From assembly GCA_016699385.1 (NCBI GenBank), contig CP064974.1, positions 259,242 to 323,241 on the forward strand: DNA of 64,000 nucleotides, in the 5' to 3' direction. The position numbers and the translations under genes are program-made. Source of the DNA: Candidatus Moraniibacteriota bacterium (GTDB lineage: Bacteria; Patescibacteriota; Minisyncoccia; Moranbacterales; UBA1568). Under the pieces are notes generated by a model. That model saw only the letters and a program-made list of their open reading frames with translations, ran no database searches and had not been told where the DNA came from. Shown in pieces: positions 27,855-37,799 of the stretch (the stretch's first letter is position 1; every line of letters begins with the position of its first letter).

Positions 27855-30386
27855 ATGTCTGAACGACCGAAAGCGACGAAATTTGTGTTTGATTCCTACG
27901 ACTTTTCTCTCGAGGAGAGAAAAGCGTCTTTTGTGTATCGGATGGAATTTGAGAATCGGGAGCCAATGGTGTTTACTGATGCACTCCTTTTTCCGGGGTT
28001 GCCGGAAACAGTGGCTGCCTCAGAATCATTGATTGATGCGGTGCTGCAAGGAGTGCATATCGCTCTTGGTGTGAGTTACTACAAACTTTCGTGTCCGGAA
28101 CATATCGAGGTGACCCATGCGCTTTCAGAGAAGCAAGCGAACTTTTGGAATACTGTCTATCGCAAAGGACTGGGTGAATTTTTCTTTCGAAATAATCTTG
28201 ATCCGCGAGGGAGAATATCGTTTCCATATGATGCGACTCTCTCCCGGGGAAGCTATGGCGCTCATCCCGAAGACCGTGCGCTTCTCGGCATTGGTGGTGG
28301 CAAAGACTCCATCGTCGCCGGAGAACTCCTCAAAGAAATGAAGTATGAAACGACGGCATTTCTTTTTGAAACAGGGAGTCCGGTACCGCTCATTGAAAAC
28401 GTCGTTGAGACGATGGGTATTCCAACAATGAAGGTGCAACACTTCCTTGATCCGCAGGTCTTTGATGGTTATGACGGGGCGTACAATGGGCATGTGCCTT
28501 TCTCGGCGCTCGTTGCATGGGTGGGATATCTTTCGGCGGTTCTCGGTGGATATCGATATGTCATTGTGGGAAATGAGCGGAGCAGTAATATCGGCAATGT
28601 CGAGTATCTCGGTGAAACAGTAAATCACCAATGGAGCAAGTCTCTTGAATTTGAGACGATGTTTCAGGAGTATTCGCGAGCATTTTTGTCGCCGGATATA
28701 ACGTATTTTTCACTGCTTCGCCCGTTTTACGAAATTCGGATTGCAGAGATGTTTGCTTGTCATGAGAAATATTTTTCTTCTTTCTCAAGTTGCAATCGGA
28801 GTTTCAAAGTACACCAAAGGCGTTCGGAAACGCTCTGGTGTGGCGAGTGTGCGAAGTGTGCTTTTGTTTTTCTCTTACTCTCGGCATTTCTCGAAAAGCA
28901 GAACGTGCTGGAAATTTTCGGTAAGAATCTCCTTGATGATGAGTCTCTTCTCCCGCTCTTTGGCGATATTTTGGGCTTTGGTTCGATGAAGCCGTTTGAC
29001 TGCGTGGGCACGGTTGAGGAGGCTCGTGCGGCACTCTTTCTTTCAAATGAACATTTCGGCGAGAGTCGCATTGCGAAAGAATTCCTTGTGAAGATTGAAC
29101 ATCCGGAATCGCTTGTTCGCGATGTAATGAAACTGCACTCGGCGCGGGCGGTTCCGGCGGATTTCCTCTTTTCGGGCGCGAAGAATGTGCTGATTCTCGG
29201 ATATGGTCGAGAAGGGAAGGAGACCGAGCGTTATCTGAAGCAGTATAAACCACATCTTGATATCGGAATTGCGGACAAAAGTCTCGATGCTTCGTATCTC
29301 GACCAGCAGAAGGGCTATGATATCGCTGTCAGGACTCCCGGCATATCGAGGCGATTGGTGATGATTCCCTCTACGACAGCGACCAATATATTTTTTTCTC
29401 GCGTGCGAAATCTTACGATTGGTGTGACTGGGACAAAGGGTAAGAGTACGACGGCGTCTCTGATTGACTCTATTCTTCGTGTAGCAGGGAGGAAGTCGCG
29501 GCTCCTTGGGAATATCGGACAGCCGCTTCTCTCTGCGCTTCTTGCTCCGCTTGATCCAGAGACAGTCATCGTGGCAGAGCTGTCGAGTTACCAGCTTGAG
29601 GATATTCAGTATTCACCGCATATCGCGGTTGTACTCAATCTCTTCTCTGATCACATGGATTATCACGGAAATGTGGAATCCTATCATGAGGCAAAGCGAA
29701 ACATCCTTCGGTTTCAAAATGAACGCGACTTCGCAGTGTACAACGGGCACGATGAAAAGCTTTCTGCGTGGGTGAGTCAGGGCAGTGCAAAGGCGATTCG
29801 TTTTGATATTCTAGAGAATGAGGTATACGAATCTTCGCTCTTGGGGACGCACAATGTAGAGAATATTCGTGCGGCGGTTGCAGTTGCGCATCTTCTCAAT
29901 ATTCACGAAGAAGCAATTCGAGAAGGTATACGGACATTTGTTCCGCTTCCGCATCGACTTGAACGTGTCGGCAAATTTCGGGGCGTCACGTTCTATGATG
30001 ATGCAATTTCGACAACGCCGGAATCGACGCAAGCAGCGCTCGAAGCGATACCAAATGTTTCAACGATTTTCCTCGGTGGTGAAGATCGAGGCTATGATTT
30101 TTGTGGACTTGAACAAACGATTCGCGAATGTGGCGTGAAAAATATAGTTCTCTTTCCGGAGAGTGGAAAGCGAATACTTTCTTCAACTGACGGCGTCACT
30201 GTCCTTGAGACGAGAAGTATGGAAGAAGCAGTTCGTTTTGCCTATGAGAAGACACCAGCTGGTTCGACGTGTCTTCTTTCAACTGCTTCGCCAAGCTATT
30301 CTCTCTGGAAAAACTTCGAGCAAAAGGGTGATGAATTCCAACAATGGGTTCGAAAACTCGGCGAAGAGAAAGCCTTGTCGGATTGA
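27855..30386 (+). CDS. murD: Fusion protein: N-terminal PP-loop-like (GGGKDS) ATP-pyrophosphatase-type domain plus C-terminal UDP-N-acetylmuramoylalanine--D-glutamate ligase (MurD-type Mur ligase)
   Basis: The C-terminal half has the MurD Rossmann N-domain (VLILGYGREGKE..), Mur ligase P-loop (GVTGTKGKSTT) and ..NLFSDHMDYHG... The N-terminal ~390 aa has an LGIGGGKDS PP-loop-like motif and a CGECAKC cluster. Confidence 0.75.
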   Translation: MSERPKATKFVFDSYDFSLEERKASFVYRMEFENREPMVFTDALLFPGLPETVAASESLIDAVLQGVHIALGVSYYKLSCPEHIEVTHALSEKQANFWNTVYRKGLGEFFFRNNLDPRGRISFPYDATLSRGSYGAHPEDRALLGIGGGKDSIVAGELLKEMKYETTAFLFETGSPVPLIENVVETMGIPTMKVQHFLDPQVFDGYDGAYNGHVPFSALVAWVGYLSAVLGGYRYVIVGNERSSNIGNVEYLGETVNHQWSKSLEFETMFQEYSRAFLSPDITYFSLLRPFYEIRIAEMFACHEKYFSSFSSCNRSFKVHQRRSETLWCGECAKCAFVFLLLSAFLEKQNVLEIFGKNLLDDESLLPLFGDILGFGSMKPFDCVGTVEEARAALFLSNEHFGESRIAKEFLVKIEHPESLVRDVMKLHSARAVPADFLFSGAKNVLILGYGREGKETERYLKQYKPHLDIGIADKSLDASYLDQQKGYDIAVRTPGISRRLVMIPSTTATNIFFSRVRNLTIGVTGTKGKSTTASLIDSILRVAGRKSRLLGNIGQPLLSALLAPLDPETVIVAELSSYQLEDIQYSPHIAVVLNLFSDHMDYHGNVESYHEAKRNILRFQNERDFAVYNGHDEKLSAWVSQGSAKAIRFDILENEVYESSLLGTHNVENIRAAVAVAHLLNIHEEAIREGIRTFVPLPHRLERVGKFRGVTFYDDAISTTPESTQAALEAIPNVSTIFLGGEDRGYDFCGLEQTIRECGVKNIVLFPESGKRILSSTDGVTVLETRSMEEAVRFAYEKTPAGSTCLLSTASPSYSLWKNFEQKGDEFQQWVRKLGEEKALSD

Positions 30387-30449
30387 TTTCATGCTTCTCC
30401 GGTGATACACTGTACGGACGTGGGGAATTTCTTGACTGCGCCAAACACT

Positions 30450-31613
30450 ATGAAAAACGACATTGCAAAACGCGCGCTGCTTGCGCATAAGAAACTTCAG
30501 GGGAAGATTGAGGTGGTTTCCAAGGTGAAGGTGACAAAGCCGGCTGATTTGAGCGTGTACTATTCTCCTGGAGTGGGTGCGGTATCATCGTATGTGGCAA
30601 AATTTCCGGGAAGGGCGCGGGATTATACGATTCGTCGTAATACGGTTGCTGTGGTATCTGACGGGTCGGCGGTTCTCGGGCTGGGAAACTTAGGACCAAT
30701 CGGGGCGCTCCCTGTGATGGAAGGGAAGGCGATGCTTTTCAAAATATTTGCGGATGTGGACGCGTTCCCAATCGTACTCTCAACGCAAAATGTCGATGAG
30801 ATTGTCGATACGGTTGTGCGTATCGCGCCTACCTTCGGCGGTATCAATCTCGAAGATATCGCCGCGCCGCGCTGCTTTGAAGTCGAATCACGACTGAGGA
30901 AATTGCTCGACATTCCAATTTTTCATGATGATCAGCATGGGACGGCCATGGTAGTTCTTGCAGGATTAATCAACGCGCTTAAGGTGGTGAAGAAAAATAT
31001 TGCGACCGCGCGTGTGGTAATCGCCGGTGCCGGTGCCGCAGGGAACGCCATTGCGGAGCTCCTCCTTTTGGGAGGTGCTCGTGATATTATTATGATCGAC
31101 AGCGAGGGCATTCTCTCTAAGACGCGTGATGATTTGAGTCCTCCTAAACAAGAGCTCCTTGTAAAGACAAATCCGCGAGATATCTCGGGAGGTCTCGACG
31201 AAGCCCTCGTCGACGCAGATGTGTTTATTGGCGTTTCCAAGGGAGGCACCGTGAGGCGAGCGCATGTTGCTTCGATGGCGGAGCGGAGTATTGTCTTTGC
31301 TCTTGCGAATCCCGTGCCGGAAATCATGCCAGACGAGGCAAAGAAAGCTGGTGCGCTCGTTGTTGCGACGGGTCGATCGGATTTTCCCAATCAGCTCAAC
31401 AATGTCTTGGGATTTCCGGGAATATTTCGTGGTGCACTTGATCACGGCGTACAGGACATTACGAGTGAAATGCTCGTTGTGGCGGCAACAAAGCTTGCAA
31501 AACTTGTGACTACGCCAAAGCCGGACATGATTATTCCGTCGCCTTTTGATAAGCATGTTGTTCCAGCAGTTGCGAGTGCGATACGTGGCGGTTCGAAGAG
31601 AAAATGGAAGTAA
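30450..31613 (+). CDS. NAD(P)-dependent malic enzyme (short form)
   Basis: ..YSPGVG.., ..VVSDGSAVLGLGNLGP.., ..FHDDQHGTA.. and ..GAGAAG.. are present. Confidence 0.9.
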   Translation: MKNDIAKRALLAHKKLQGKIEVVSKVKVTKPADLSVYYSPGVGAVSSYVAKFPGRARDYTIRRNTVAVVSDGSAVLGLGNLGPIGALPVMEGKAMLFKIFADVDAFPIVLSTQNVDEIVDTVVRIAPTFGGINLEDIAAPRCFEVESRLRKLLDIPIFHDDQHGTAMVVLAGLINALKVVKKNIATARVVIAGAGAAGNAIAELLLLGGARDIIMIDSEGILSKTRDDLSPPKQELLVKTNPRDISGGLDEALVDADVFIGVSKGGTVRRAHVASMAERSIVFALANPVPEIMPDEAKKAGALVVATGRSDFPNQLNNVLGFPGIFRGALDHGVQDITSEMLVVAATKLAKLVTTPKPDMIIPSPFDKHVVPAVASAIRGGSKRKWK

Positions 31614-31691
31614 GAACCTATTGATAAAGGCTATTTTTCCCGAAAAACAGTGCGAGAAGCATAGCCTTTTTCGAACATTAAGAACTTTTTT

Positions 31692-32612
31692 ATGCACGAT
31701 CTCATTATTATTGGAGCGGGTCCGGCGGGGCTCTCAGCGTCTATCTATGCATCACGCTACGGTATCAAGCACGTCATTCTCGGTGAGGTTGCCGGAGGGC
31801 TTCTCACGCAGACATTTGATGTGGGGAACTGGCTCGGAACAGAGGCAATAGGTGGACAAACCTTCGCTAATAATGCGGAGAAGCATGCGAGAAGCTATGG
31901 CGTCGAGATACTGCCGCTCACGGTGGAAAGTATAGTGAAACAAGGGGAGATTTTTGAAATCTCTGCTTCCGGAAAGTCATTTCAGGCAAAGACAGTACTC
32001 ATTGCGACAGGGACGAAGCATCGCCACTTGGGCGTGCCAGGGGAGCAAGAATTTGCCGGGAAGGGCGTGTCGTTTTGTCCGACATGCGACGGATTCTTCT
32101 TCAAGGGGAAGCGCGTGGTCGTTGTCGGCGGAGGAGACAGTGCGACGGAAGCTGGCGTGTATCTCGCTGATCTGTGTTCAGATGTATTTGTGATTGTGCG
32201 AGAGAAATATATGATTGCGGAAAAGTTTTGGCAAGATCTTCTTCTCTCCAAGAAAAACGTGAAAGTGATTTTTGGAACGAATGTGAAAGAAATCCAAGGG
32301 AATGGAAAGATGGAAACGCTTCTGCTGGACGTTCCTTTTGAAGGGAGTGAAACACTTGCAGCTGATGGACTCTTTGTTGAGATTGGACTCTCACCGAATA
32401 CGAAGCTCCTTGCTGATATTGGTGCGAAGCTCGATGAACATGGATATGCGGAGACACTGGCAGATCAGAGTGTTGGCGTTCCTGGTGTCTGGGCAGCGGG
32501 CGATATTACAACGAATTCCAATCGCTTCTGTCAAATTGTGACAGCTGCGTCCGAAGGCGCTGTCGCCGCCAAAAGTATCCTCGATCATCTTCAGCGACAA
32601 AGCGCAAAATAA
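31692..32612 (+). CDS. trxB: Thioredoxin-disulfide reductase
   Basis: GAGPAG (FAD), CPTCDG (redox CxxC) and GGGDSA (NADPH) are present. Confidence 0.92.
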   Translation: MHDLIIIGAGPAGLSASIYASRYGIKHVILGEVAGGLLTQTFDVGNWLGTEAIGGQTFANNAEKHARSYGVEILPLTVESIVKQGEIFEISASGKSFQAKTVLIATGTKHRHLGVPGEQEFAGKGVSFCPTCDGFFFKGKRVVVVGGGDSATEAGVYLADLCSDVFVIVREKYMIAEKFWQDLLLSKKNVKVIFGTNVKEIQGNGKMETLLLDVPFEGSETLAADGLFVEIGLSPNTKLLADIGAKLDEHGYAETLADQSVGVPGVWAAGDITTNSNRFCQIVTAASEGAVAAKSILDHLQRQSAK

Positions 32613-32625
32613 GCAAATAAGCAAG

Positions 32626-32657
32626 AGAAAAATCCCGCAAGATGCGGGATTTTTTTG
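32626..32657. terminator. Bidirectional rho-independent terminator between trxB (+) and tRNA-Arg (-)
   Basis: aaaaATCCCGCAagaTGCGGGATttttttt has an 8-bp stem with A-tract and T-tract flanks. Confidence 0.8.
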
Positions 32658-32660
32658 ATG

Positions 32661-32732
32661 TGTCCCGAGAGGGAATCGAACCCCCATCCCTGGTTCCGAA
32701 GACCAGTGCTCTATCCGTTGAGCTATCGGGAC
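32661..32732 (-). tRNA. tRNA-Arg (anticodon UCG)
   Basis: The reverse complement folds as a 72-nt cloverleaf: 7-bp acceptor GTCCCGA/TCGGGAC, D-arm GCTC..GAGC, anticodon stem CTGGT/ACCAG with loop CTTCGGA (U33, anticodon TCG, G37), and T-arm GGGGG-TTCGATT-CCCTC. There is no encoded CCA. Confidence 0.85.
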
Positions 32733-32882
32733 AAATAGCAGTAAGTGCTTGATGCTGCTGTATCTGTTGTAAGGCATATTCGCCGGAGAGTCAAACTCAT
32801 TCCTCGTATTCTTCCGGAATGTTACCCGGGCATGCTACAATTACAATCGGCAGTACGATTTTTTGAATTGAGAATATCGCGT

Positions 32883-33653
32883 ATGCATATTCCAGATGGA
32901 TTTCTGAATAACGGAGCGGCAGGGAGTCTCATGGGAGCGGCGGTTGCAGCAGTCGCTTTTGCAGTACGGAAGGTTCGATCGGCATTTCTCGAGAAAGTCC
33001 CTGTGCTTCGAGCGCGACTTGCAACATTTCCTGATTTTGGTGGAGAATCTGCTCTTGGGTTTCGGCGGCAATTGTCGGAAGGAGGCCAGGAGAAAATGTG
33101 GCGAATGGCATCTCTTGGAGCACTTGTCTTCTCGGCACAAATGATAAACTTCCCTATCGGCGACGGAACGTCTGGTCATATGCTAGGAGGGGTGCTTGTT
33201 GCATTGGTAGCAGGTCCTTTTGAAGCGTTGCTGGTTATGACTGCCGTACTCTCGATACAGGCTTTTGTCTTTGGAGATGGTGGAGTGCTTGCTCTTGGTG
33301 CGAATATTTTCAATATGGGCATCATAGGCGCGCTCGGTGGACATGCCTTTTTTCGCTTTCTCGCAAAAGGCAGGAATTTGAAGCTATACTTTTTGCGCAA
33401 TGTGTTCGTGGCAGCATGGGTGTCAGTGATTGTTGCTTCGATTGCGGCGTCGATTGAGATAGCAATCTCTGGGACAAAGCCGCTCAACGCAGTGCTTCCT
33501 GCTATGACACTCGTGCACACTGCTATTGGATTTATGGAAGGTATCGTTACAGTGGGCATTCTCTCAGTATTGCTTCGTCGAGGGTTTGCATTGGATGTTC
33601 TGATGGAGGACGTATCTTCTCAAGAATATGAAAACGAAAACTCCAAAGAATAG
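32883..33653 (+). CDS. cbiM: Cobalt/nickel ECF-type transporter substrate-capture protein CbiM
   Basis: The MHIPDGFL N-terminus is typical of CbiM, and the protein is polytopic. Confidence 0.8.
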   Translation: MHIPDGFLNNGAAGSLMGAAVAAVAFAVRKVRSAFLEKVPVLRARLATFPDFGGESALGFRRQLSEGGQEKMWRMASLGALVFSAQMINFPIGDGTSGHMLGGVLVALVAGPFEALLVMTAVLSIQAFVFGDGGVLALGANIFNMGIIGALGGHAFFRFLAKGRNLKLYFLRNVFVAAWVSVIVASIAASIEIAISGTKPLNAVLPAMTLVHTAIGFMEGIVTVGILSVLLRRGFALDVLMEDVSSQEYENENSKE

Positions 33654-33936
33654 CTGGAAAACTCTCGTTGTTATTTCAGGAGTGATTGGTGGTGCGCTCT
33701 CACTCTTTGCCTCTTCGGCTCCAGATGGACTGGAAAGAGTTGCTGCGTCACAAGGTTTTCTTGGAAAGGGCGTGACACTTCTCTCTGCACCACTTGCCGA
33801 ATATACCGTGCCGGGAATTCATAGCACTCCTCTCGCGACAGCACTTGGGGGTATTTTTGGTGTAGGAATTGTCTTCGGTGTTCTTCTGTTTGCCGGGAAA
33901 GTTCTCTACGGTTCCCGATTGATACGGCAGAAATAG
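33628..33936 (+). CDS. PDGLE-domain membrane protein (CbiN-like accessory of CbiM)
   Basis: ..SSAPDGLERVA.. is flanked by TM helices and overlaps the cbiM 3' end. Confidence 0.7.
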   Translation: MKTKTPKNSWKTLVVISGVIGGALSLFASSAPDGLERVAASQGFLGKGVTLLSAPLAEYTVPGIHSTPLATALGGIFGVGIVFGVLLFAGKVLYGSRLIRQK

Positions 33937-34042
33937 CTGCTTGAGGAGCGTTGAAAGATTTGTATGGGATATCTCCTTGCGAAGTCTCGATTCTTCTGAG
34001 AGAATTGCGAGAGTGGATTCTTGATACTTCTGACATCTGATA

Positions 34043-34660
34043 TTGACTGTTATGGAACTTCGTGAATATATCCTTATATTTCGCCGGTATCGTGCGCTCT
34101 TTCTTGGGATAGTTGTATTCTTTGTAGTTGCGGGTCTTGCCTTCCAATTGCTCCAGCCGGTGCGTTTTGTGACAGAAATTACGATGAATGTTGCTCGCTC
34201 TGGCATTCGCGTGACGAGCGATTATTCGTATGATGATTTCTATCGTTTGCAGGCAGATGAACGATTTGCGGATACGGTGGTCAGATGGCTTGAGTCACCA
34301 CGTATCGTGGGAGATATCGCTCGTGAATCCCGTGTGTCCGAGGGAATTTCTTTTGATGCTGGCAGACTTTCATCGCAAGTGATTCGTATCCGATATACGA
34401 TGCGCGACGAAGCGGCAGCCAAGCGAATTGCAACCGCGATATTCACCGTGCTCAATCGAGAGACGGAGTCGCTCAATCAAAATCGATCGGAGGATGGGTG
34501 GTTTGCGCTTGTCGGCGAGACACCTGCGATAAGTGATGCACGTGTGAGTAGAGGAAGGATGTTTGCTCTCGCGTTTTCCTTGGGGGTATTCTTTGGATTT
34601 TTTGCCGTGTTGTTTCGATGGTATTGGGATGGTGCTTTGCCAACAAAAAGGAAGAAATGA
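34043..34660 (+). CDS. Wzz-like polysaccharide chain-length determinant family protein
   Basis: It has N- and C-terminal TM helices around a periplasmic domain. The N-terminal region (..FRRYRALFLGIVVFF..) resembles Wzz. Confidence 0.5.
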   Translation: MTVMELREYILIFRRYRALFLGIVVFFVVAGLAFQLLQPVRFVTEITMNVARSGIRVTSDYSYDDFYRLQADERFADTVVRWLESPRIVGDIARESRVSEGISFDAGRLSSQVIRIRYTMRDEAAAKRIATAIFTVLNRETESLNQNRSEDGWFALVGETPAISDARVSRGRMFALAFSLGVFFGFFAVLFRWYWDGALPTKRKK

Positions 34661-34672
34661 ACTGATGATTTC

Positions 34673-35829
34673 ATGAAAATCGGGATTGATATTCGCTGTC
34701 TTATCGGAGGGAAACGGACGGGCGTTGAAGAATACACGTTGGAACTTTTGGAGCATCTCTTCGCAGTGGATTGCGAGAATGAGTATGTTTTGTTTTGGAG
34801 TGCCTGGGAACTTCCTGTGTGTCCTCTTGATTGGAATAGTCGTTTTTCCAATGTCCGACTTGTATCATTAAGAATTCCGAATAAGCTTCTCAATTTTTGC
34901 CTCTGGTATTTTCGTTTTCCATATCTCGATAGACTCATTGGTGGCGTCGATGTTTTTTTCATGCCAAATTTGAATTTTGCGGCGTTTTCCCGAAAAGTAA
35001 AGGTTGTGTTGACAGCCCATGATGTGTCATTTGAGAGATATCCGGAGACGTTTTCTTGGAAGCGGCGATTGTGGCATATGTTCGTGAATTTTCGTCATTT
35101 GGCACTTCGGGCGGAGAAGGTAATCGCGGTTTCGCAGTCGACGCGAGATGACCTTGTCGAAGCAATTGGCATTGCGCCGAAGTCTGTGACGGTTATACGA
35201 AGTGGCATATCAGAACGATTCTGCCAAATGAACAGGAATGACTCGATGCTTTCCGATGTGAAGCGTCGGTATGAGTTACCGTATCGATTCATTCTTTTTG
35301 TTGGTACGATTGAGCCTCGGAAAATATTCTCTCACTTGCGCGTGCTTTTGATTCGCTAGTCGAAAGCAAAGAGGCGTTTGACTATGATATGGTTATCGCC
35401 GGTACACATGGTTGGAAATGCGAAGGAATGCTCGAGGAAATCGATCGCTTGCCATCGCGCGCGCGGATTCATTTCACAGGGTTTGTCCGTGATGAGGACA
35501 AGCCAGCGCTCTACAATCTTTCGAGTCTGTTTGTCTACCCATCTCTCTATGAAGGATTTGGCTTTCCGCCACTCGAGGCGGCAGCGTGCGGCGTGCCAGT
35601 TATCACGTCGAATACCTCGTCTTTTCCTGAGACGATTGGTGAGGGCGCGATGATGATTGACCCCTTGCGCCCCGACGATCTTTCTCGCGCACTTCGAGAA
35701 GTTCTTCGAGATAAGACGCTTCGAGACATGCTTTCTCAGCAAGGTGAGATGTGCGCATCGAAGTTTCAGTGGAAAGACGCAGCTCGGAAGACGCTTGGCG
35801 TGTTTCGGGACGTGATTCGCCACCCGTAG
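34673..35829 (+). pseudogene. GT-B family 1 (GT4-like) glycosyltransferase interrupted by a -1 frameshift in an A4 run (ORFs 34673..35359 and 35389..35829)
   Basis: The upstream ORF ends ..FVGTIEPRKIFSHLRVLLIR*. Adding one A to aaaa at 35321-35324 restores ..EPRKNILSLARAFDSLVESKEAFDYDMVIAG.. and the EX7E-type C-terminus (..YEGFGFPPLEAAACGVPVI..). Confidence 0.7.
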
Positions 35830-35922
35830 GTAGAGAGTTGCCTCTTTTTGGGATATTGGGCTATAGTTGGGAGAGAATATTGCAAAATGTTTTTGTATGG
35901 ATTTCTCTTTTTTTCTCTGCTT

Positions 35923-36474
35923 ATGGAACAGGTTGTTTTTGGGATATCAGGTGAACCGGGTGCAGGGAAGGACACAGTGAAGGAATATCTCGTTGAACAG
36001 TACGGTGCAGAGAGTCTCGGATTTTCACTTATCCTGAAAGATATTCTCAATCGACTTTCGCTTCCTTTGGAGCGGGCAAATTACGCGTCACTTGGGGAAG
36101 CCCTTCGAAATTCATTTGGGGAAAATATCCTTGCAACCGTGCTTTCTCTTGATGTTTCTCGGATGTCGACGTCAGTAGTTGTTATTGATGGCATACGGAA
36201 ATTTGGGGAGCTTGAAGAACTCCGGAAACTCAAAAATTTTAGATTCCTTTTTGTGGAGACAGATATGCATGTTCGGTATGAACGAGTGAAAGCGCGCGGA
36301 ATCAAAGCTGATGATAAAGAGAAAACATTTGAGGAGTTTGTACGTGATCGTGAGCATGCTGCCGATCGAGAAGTGCGAAACTTGAAGAGCGAAGCCGATG
36401 CGGTAATTGAAAATAACGGTACTCTTGGAGAGTTGCATAGACACGTAGATGAGGTTGTGAGCGGTTTGTCTTAA
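35923..36474 (+). CDS. P-loop nucleoside/nucleotide kinase-like protein
   Basis: Walker A GEPGAGKDT is present, as in dNMP-kinase or dephospho-CoA-kinase-like families. Specificity is unknown. Confidence 0.55.
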   Translation: MEQVVFGISGEPGAGKDTVKEYLVEQYGAESLGFSLILKDILNRLSLPLERANYASLGEALRNSFGENILATVLSLDVSRMSTSVVVIDGIRKFGELEELRKLKNFRFLFVETDMHVRYERVKARGIKADDKEKTFEEFVRDREHAADREVRNLKSEADAVIENNGTLGELHRHVDEVVSGLS

Positions 36475-36821
36475 AAATTCTGAAGAGACGCTTGTCTATG
36501 GATAGGGAATATGGGTTGAATTCAGATTGATTAAATGCGGCAGGAATCCATTTTTGTCTATATATACTGACATTTATTATTGACAAATTTTATTATATGA
36601 GATAGCGTACGAGATAGAAAAATAAAAGGTGTTCTCGGAATAATATTTGCACCTTCCCAATTCGTGTGTGCGCCGACAGTGGCGTTCTGCGTGGGAAGGT
36701 TTTTGTTTTCCAAAAATAAGATAGTTAGGAAAATAGGAAAAAACATTCTTTTGTTTCTTTGATACGCAGAACGTCATGGGGGCGTTCAAGAATAGCCCAA
36801 AGGGGCTTTGGAGAGATTAAA

Positions 36822-37676
36822 ATGCGAATCATCATTTCGGTTCTTTTGTCCATGTGCTCGATGTGCTCGGTTGCTGCTTCCGGCAATTATTACGGTGGTA
36901 TGCCGATGGATCCCGAAGCTTTTGCTGGTATGTACCCTGAATTGACGGAACCGGGGGAAATATTCACTGAAAAGCGGAGTGTCGCTTCAGGTGGGATTCC
37001 ACCGATTACCTATCAGGTTGAGGGGCAGGCATCTGCATATGAAGCCGAAGAGCTACGGTGTACTTACGGCGGGCATCCATCGAGGGAGGATATTTCAAAT
37101 ATTCTTCCCAACGATCAAGGCTCTGTTGATCAGGCACTTTCTGACGGGTACTTGGTAGCAATCCTGCATTGTTTTAACGGTGACAAGATTGTTAGAATCA
37201 AGCCTGTGTATCAACGGATTGTCCTGAAATATACAACTGCCGCAAAGAAGCAGGAAGGGTTCTCTTTCACTGCTTCAACCTGGCCAACGCCAAACAGTTC
37301 TAATGCTGACGGGCACATGCTCGATATGGCGTATGTAATAGTGAAGCAGGAGGGAGATGGATATTCGCGAAGGCTGATTCATAATGGACACGAGGCGCTA
37401 CTGAGTCAGTACCCTGATCCTGCCTTTAAAGCATACCCCAAGATGCAAGATATGTGCCAATCGCAATCGGAAATCTTTATGGTCATCTTTGGGCAGCAGC
37501 GGTATTTCCCTGGGAATACAGGGGACTCGTTTCTCTCGATGTTGGAGGAGATTTTGTTTTCCAATCCCTCCGATTATGGTGGGGATAAGAAAAAAGATGC
37601 GCCTCCTGTCAGGGTAGAGACATGCCTAGAAGGTTTATACAACCTCCTTGTGCCGGATTTTTTCGATAATGGCTAA
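36822..37676 (+). CDS. Secreted hypothetical protein
   Basis: A signal peptide (MRIIISVLLSMCSMCSVAAS) is present. No motif was recognised. Confidence 0.55.
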   Translation: MRIIISVLLSMCSMCSVAASGNYYGGMPMDPEAFAGMYPELTEPGEIFTEKRSVASGGIPPITYQVEGQASAYEAEELRCTYGGHPSREDISNILPNDQGSVDQALSDGYLVAILHCFNGDKIVRIKPVYQRIVLKYTTAAKKQEGFSFTASTWPTPNSSNADGHMLDMAYVIVKQEGDGYSRRLIHNGHEALLSQYPDPAFKAYPKMQDMCQSQSEIFMVIFGQQRYFPGNTGDSFLSMLEEILFSNPSDYGGDKKKDAPPVRVETCLEGLYNLLVPDFFDNG

Positions 37677-37698
37677 TCAAGCCGGTCAACCCAGTTTA

Positions 37699-37740
37699 CA
37701 TGATGGAAAGAACACCCCGTTCTTTCCATCATGACTTTTT
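37699..37740 (+). terminator. Rho-independent terminator (perfect 15-bp stem)
   Basis: CATGATGGAAAGAACaccccGTTCTTTCCATCATGacttttt. Confidence 0.85.
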
Positions 37741-37799
37741 GCCAAGGAAAAATTTTGTGCTAAGATAAGAGCTAAAGGGCTCTTTTTTCATTTCTCACT

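Noticed and set aside
30966-31697. 243-aa minus-strand ORF antisense to the malic enzyme gene
   Set aside because: It overlaps a confidently assigned gene. Its composition is low-complexity.
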